Shown here piece after piece: positions 33,011 through 34,140 of a stretch of 34,140 nt of DNA (within the stretch, counting starts at the first letter, position 1; the number at the start of each line of letters is the position of its first letter). The position numbers and the translations under genes were made by a program. The DNA is from an uncultured Candidatus Peribacteria bacterium. GTDB lineage: Bacteria; Patescibacteriota; Gracilibacteria; UBA4473. The stretch is taken from contig CAZVBV010000002.1 of assembly GCA_964625805.1 (NCBI GenBank), positions 1 to 34,140 on the forward strand, in the 5' to 3' direction. The notes beneath the pieces were generated by a model. The model did no database searches and had not been told where the DNA came from. It was given only the letters and a program-made list of their open reading frames with translations.

Positions 33011-33141
33011 ATCGGGGAGTCGAAATGACAAATGAAAAAATCACAATCGAAAGCGACCTCTTCGGATCCCTCTCCGATAAAAAACAAGGACAAGCTCTCA
33101 GCGAGGATGACGAGATTGTTATGGACGAAAAAATTCAACAT

Positions 33142-33891
33142 TTACTTCTCCTCCACCAAGTTCTCCTCTGGTCCTTGGGTAATTGATAGTTCTTCTATAT
33201 CTCCAAGTTTTTGATTCCGAGCGAGTTGTGGATTGTAGACTTGATAGAAGAGTTCAATGATTTCCGCTGTCTTCAGCGGTTCTACTTTGAGTCCGCAGTT
33301 TCCAATCGCTGTCAAAACAACTTCGAGTCGAGTATCCAGCTGTTTCTTGAGTCCTTTGAATTCCCCACGTCGTTTAAGGATGTTCAGCACTGTGTCATCC
33401 GGATTCACATAGGACATGAATTTTGAAATCAATGTTTTCTTTTGTGCTCGTGGTGGATCAACAGGAACAACTATGAAAAATCGTTTTTCCATAATGTCAG
33501 AGTATTCCACAAGTTTTTGAACATACTCGATGTATTCTGCCATTTGGTCTTTGAGCAACTGGTTCTCAATATTCTTCATCCGCCCTCGCATGTCTGCCAA
33601 GTAGGTATCAATATCGAGCTTCCGAGATCGAACCAGGAGTTGAACGGGAAACGTTAATGCATTGAGAAACTGTTGGTAGGAACTAATAATCGCATTTTGC
33701 TCCTCTTCTGATTTTAAATTAAAGTTAATTGAAGATACCTCAAGAACGGCTCGAAGTCCCCCATCTTTGAGAATCAAAGTGTTGTCTCTGGCTCCGGCAA
33801 ATTGAAGATAACGCTGTGTTGACGCAGCTTTGTTCTGCATCAATTTTTTCTTTAATGATTCTTTGTTCGGTTTTGTTCCAAATAAATTCAT
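33142..33891 (-). CDS. VirB4/TrbE N-terminal-domain-like protein without an ATPase domain
   Basis: 249 aa. TQRYLQFAGARDNTLILKDGGLRAVLEVSSINFNLKSEEEQNAIISSYQQFLNALTFPVQLLVRSRKLDIDTYL matches my memory of N-termini of Gram-positive/CPR VirB4-like ATPases. No Walker A is present. ATGA overlap with the upstream ORF. Confidence 0.6.
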   Translation of the reverse strand: MNLFGTKPNKESLKKKLMQNKAASTQRYLQFAGARDNTLILKDGGLRAVLEVSSINFNLKSEEEQNAIISSYQQFLNALTFPVQLLVRSRKLDIDTYLADMRGRMKNIENQLLKDQMAEYIEYVQKLVEYSDIMEKRFFIVVPVDPPRAQKKTLISKFMSYVNPDDTVLNILKRRGEFKGLKKQLDTRLEVVLTAIGNCGLKVEPLKTAEIIELFYQVYNPQLARNQKLGDIEELSITQGPEENLVEEK

Positions 33892-34140
33892 AGTGTTTGG
33901 GGTTTTGATTTTATAACATCCGACTTCTGTCCGTCTAGGAATTTCGCGAGATCTCGCGCTTTTTTCTTACTAAATACTTTTGTCTCTGGATCTTCTTTTT
34001 TCTTTTTGGTAAGCGAAGATATACGTGTTGTAAGAGACACAAACGGCTCTCCTCCCTGTTGAATCCAATATCGTTTTGGAAATCTAAAAAAGAAATGTTC
34101 GATCAGCAAGAAAATAAACTGCACAAGCGGAATTCCTTTT
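33888..34140 (-). CDS. Partial ORF (C-terminal end; the frame is open to the window edge), hypothetical, probably a membrane protein
   Basis: No in-frame stop lies between 34124 and the window end. A hydrophobic stretch (FIFLLIEHFFF) is followed by a Lys-rich tail. Translationally coupled to the VirB4-N-like gene. Confidence 0.45.
   Translation of the reverse strand, partial: KGIPLVQFIFLLIEHFFFRFPKRYWIQQGGEPFVSLTTRISSLTKKKKEDPETKVFSKKKARDLAKFLDGQKSDVIKSKPQTL

Noticed and set aside
32875-33141. 88-aa minus-strand ORF starting right after the stop of the VirB4-N-like gene
   Set aside because: It translates the REP/MITE-like palindromic element and overlaps the recG 3' end. The peptide (…SPISRGQAPRRNRFEACKIKGSLHVGRDDKAGG…) is typical repeat read-through.
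33025-33186. 53-aa plus-strand ORF preceded by GGGGAG 5 nt upstream of its ATG
   Set aside because: It starts inside the REP-like element and overlaps the 3' end of the opposite-strand 249-aa gene by 45 nt. It has no recognisable features. I keep it only as a very low-probability small ORF.
1-34140. Alternative genetic code (UGA recoding, as in some CPR lineages)
   Set aside because: Long uninterrupted ORFs (up to about 1425 aa) with correct domain ends are obtained under the standard code. Several genes (uvrC, the PP-loop gene, the murD fragment) end plausibly at TGA. The only broken gene is explained by a frameshift, not by an in-frame stop.

Overview
This 34-kb window looks like a chromosomal segment from a low-GC, small-genome bacterium that uses the standard genetic code. 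A CPR/Patescibacteria-like origin is my inference from the gene content. All functions are assigned from motifs I recognise in the translations; no database search was possible.

Housekeeping genes:
- DNA repair: uvrC (5'-truncated), mutS, a mutY-Nudix fusion, recG.
- Other core functions: yraN, gmk, a folB-like gene, a ZIP metal transporter, a glutamine-synthetase family gene, ftsK, a PfkB kinase.
- Cell wall: a frameshifted murD-like ligase, coupled to a PP-loop protein.

Surface and appendage modules interspersed among them:
- A minimal Flp/Tad-type pilin locus (2950-5098).
- Two coupled proteins, each built from three VirB2/T4SS-pilin-like modules (21108-23059).
- Two tandem single-module pilin paralogues (29814-30792).
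- A VirB4-N-domain-like gene at the right edge.

The most unusual region is 15.45-20.67 kb:
- A two-gene cassette encodes a ~1425-aa secreted coiled-coil protein with a toxin-like C-terminal tail, followed 2 nt later by an 83-aa acidic ORF.
- The cassette is bracketed by compound perfect-hairpin terminal inverted repeats and by an AACTCT direct repeat.
- It lies 14 nt from two identical 157-bp tandem units, each carrying the last 17 nt of the adjacent tRNA-Lys gene. That arrangement resembles stacked att sites.

Other recurring signals:
- -10 hexamers sit 6-9 nt upstream of many ATGs, suggesting leaderless transcripts. One case is a mirror-symmetric 24-bp divergent gmk/folB region.
- A 50-nt promoter block is duplicated in front of two unrelated operons.
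- A REP/MITE-like hairpin repeat family has inverted copies flanking ftsK.

No CRISPR array, rRNA, transposase or integrase gene was seen.
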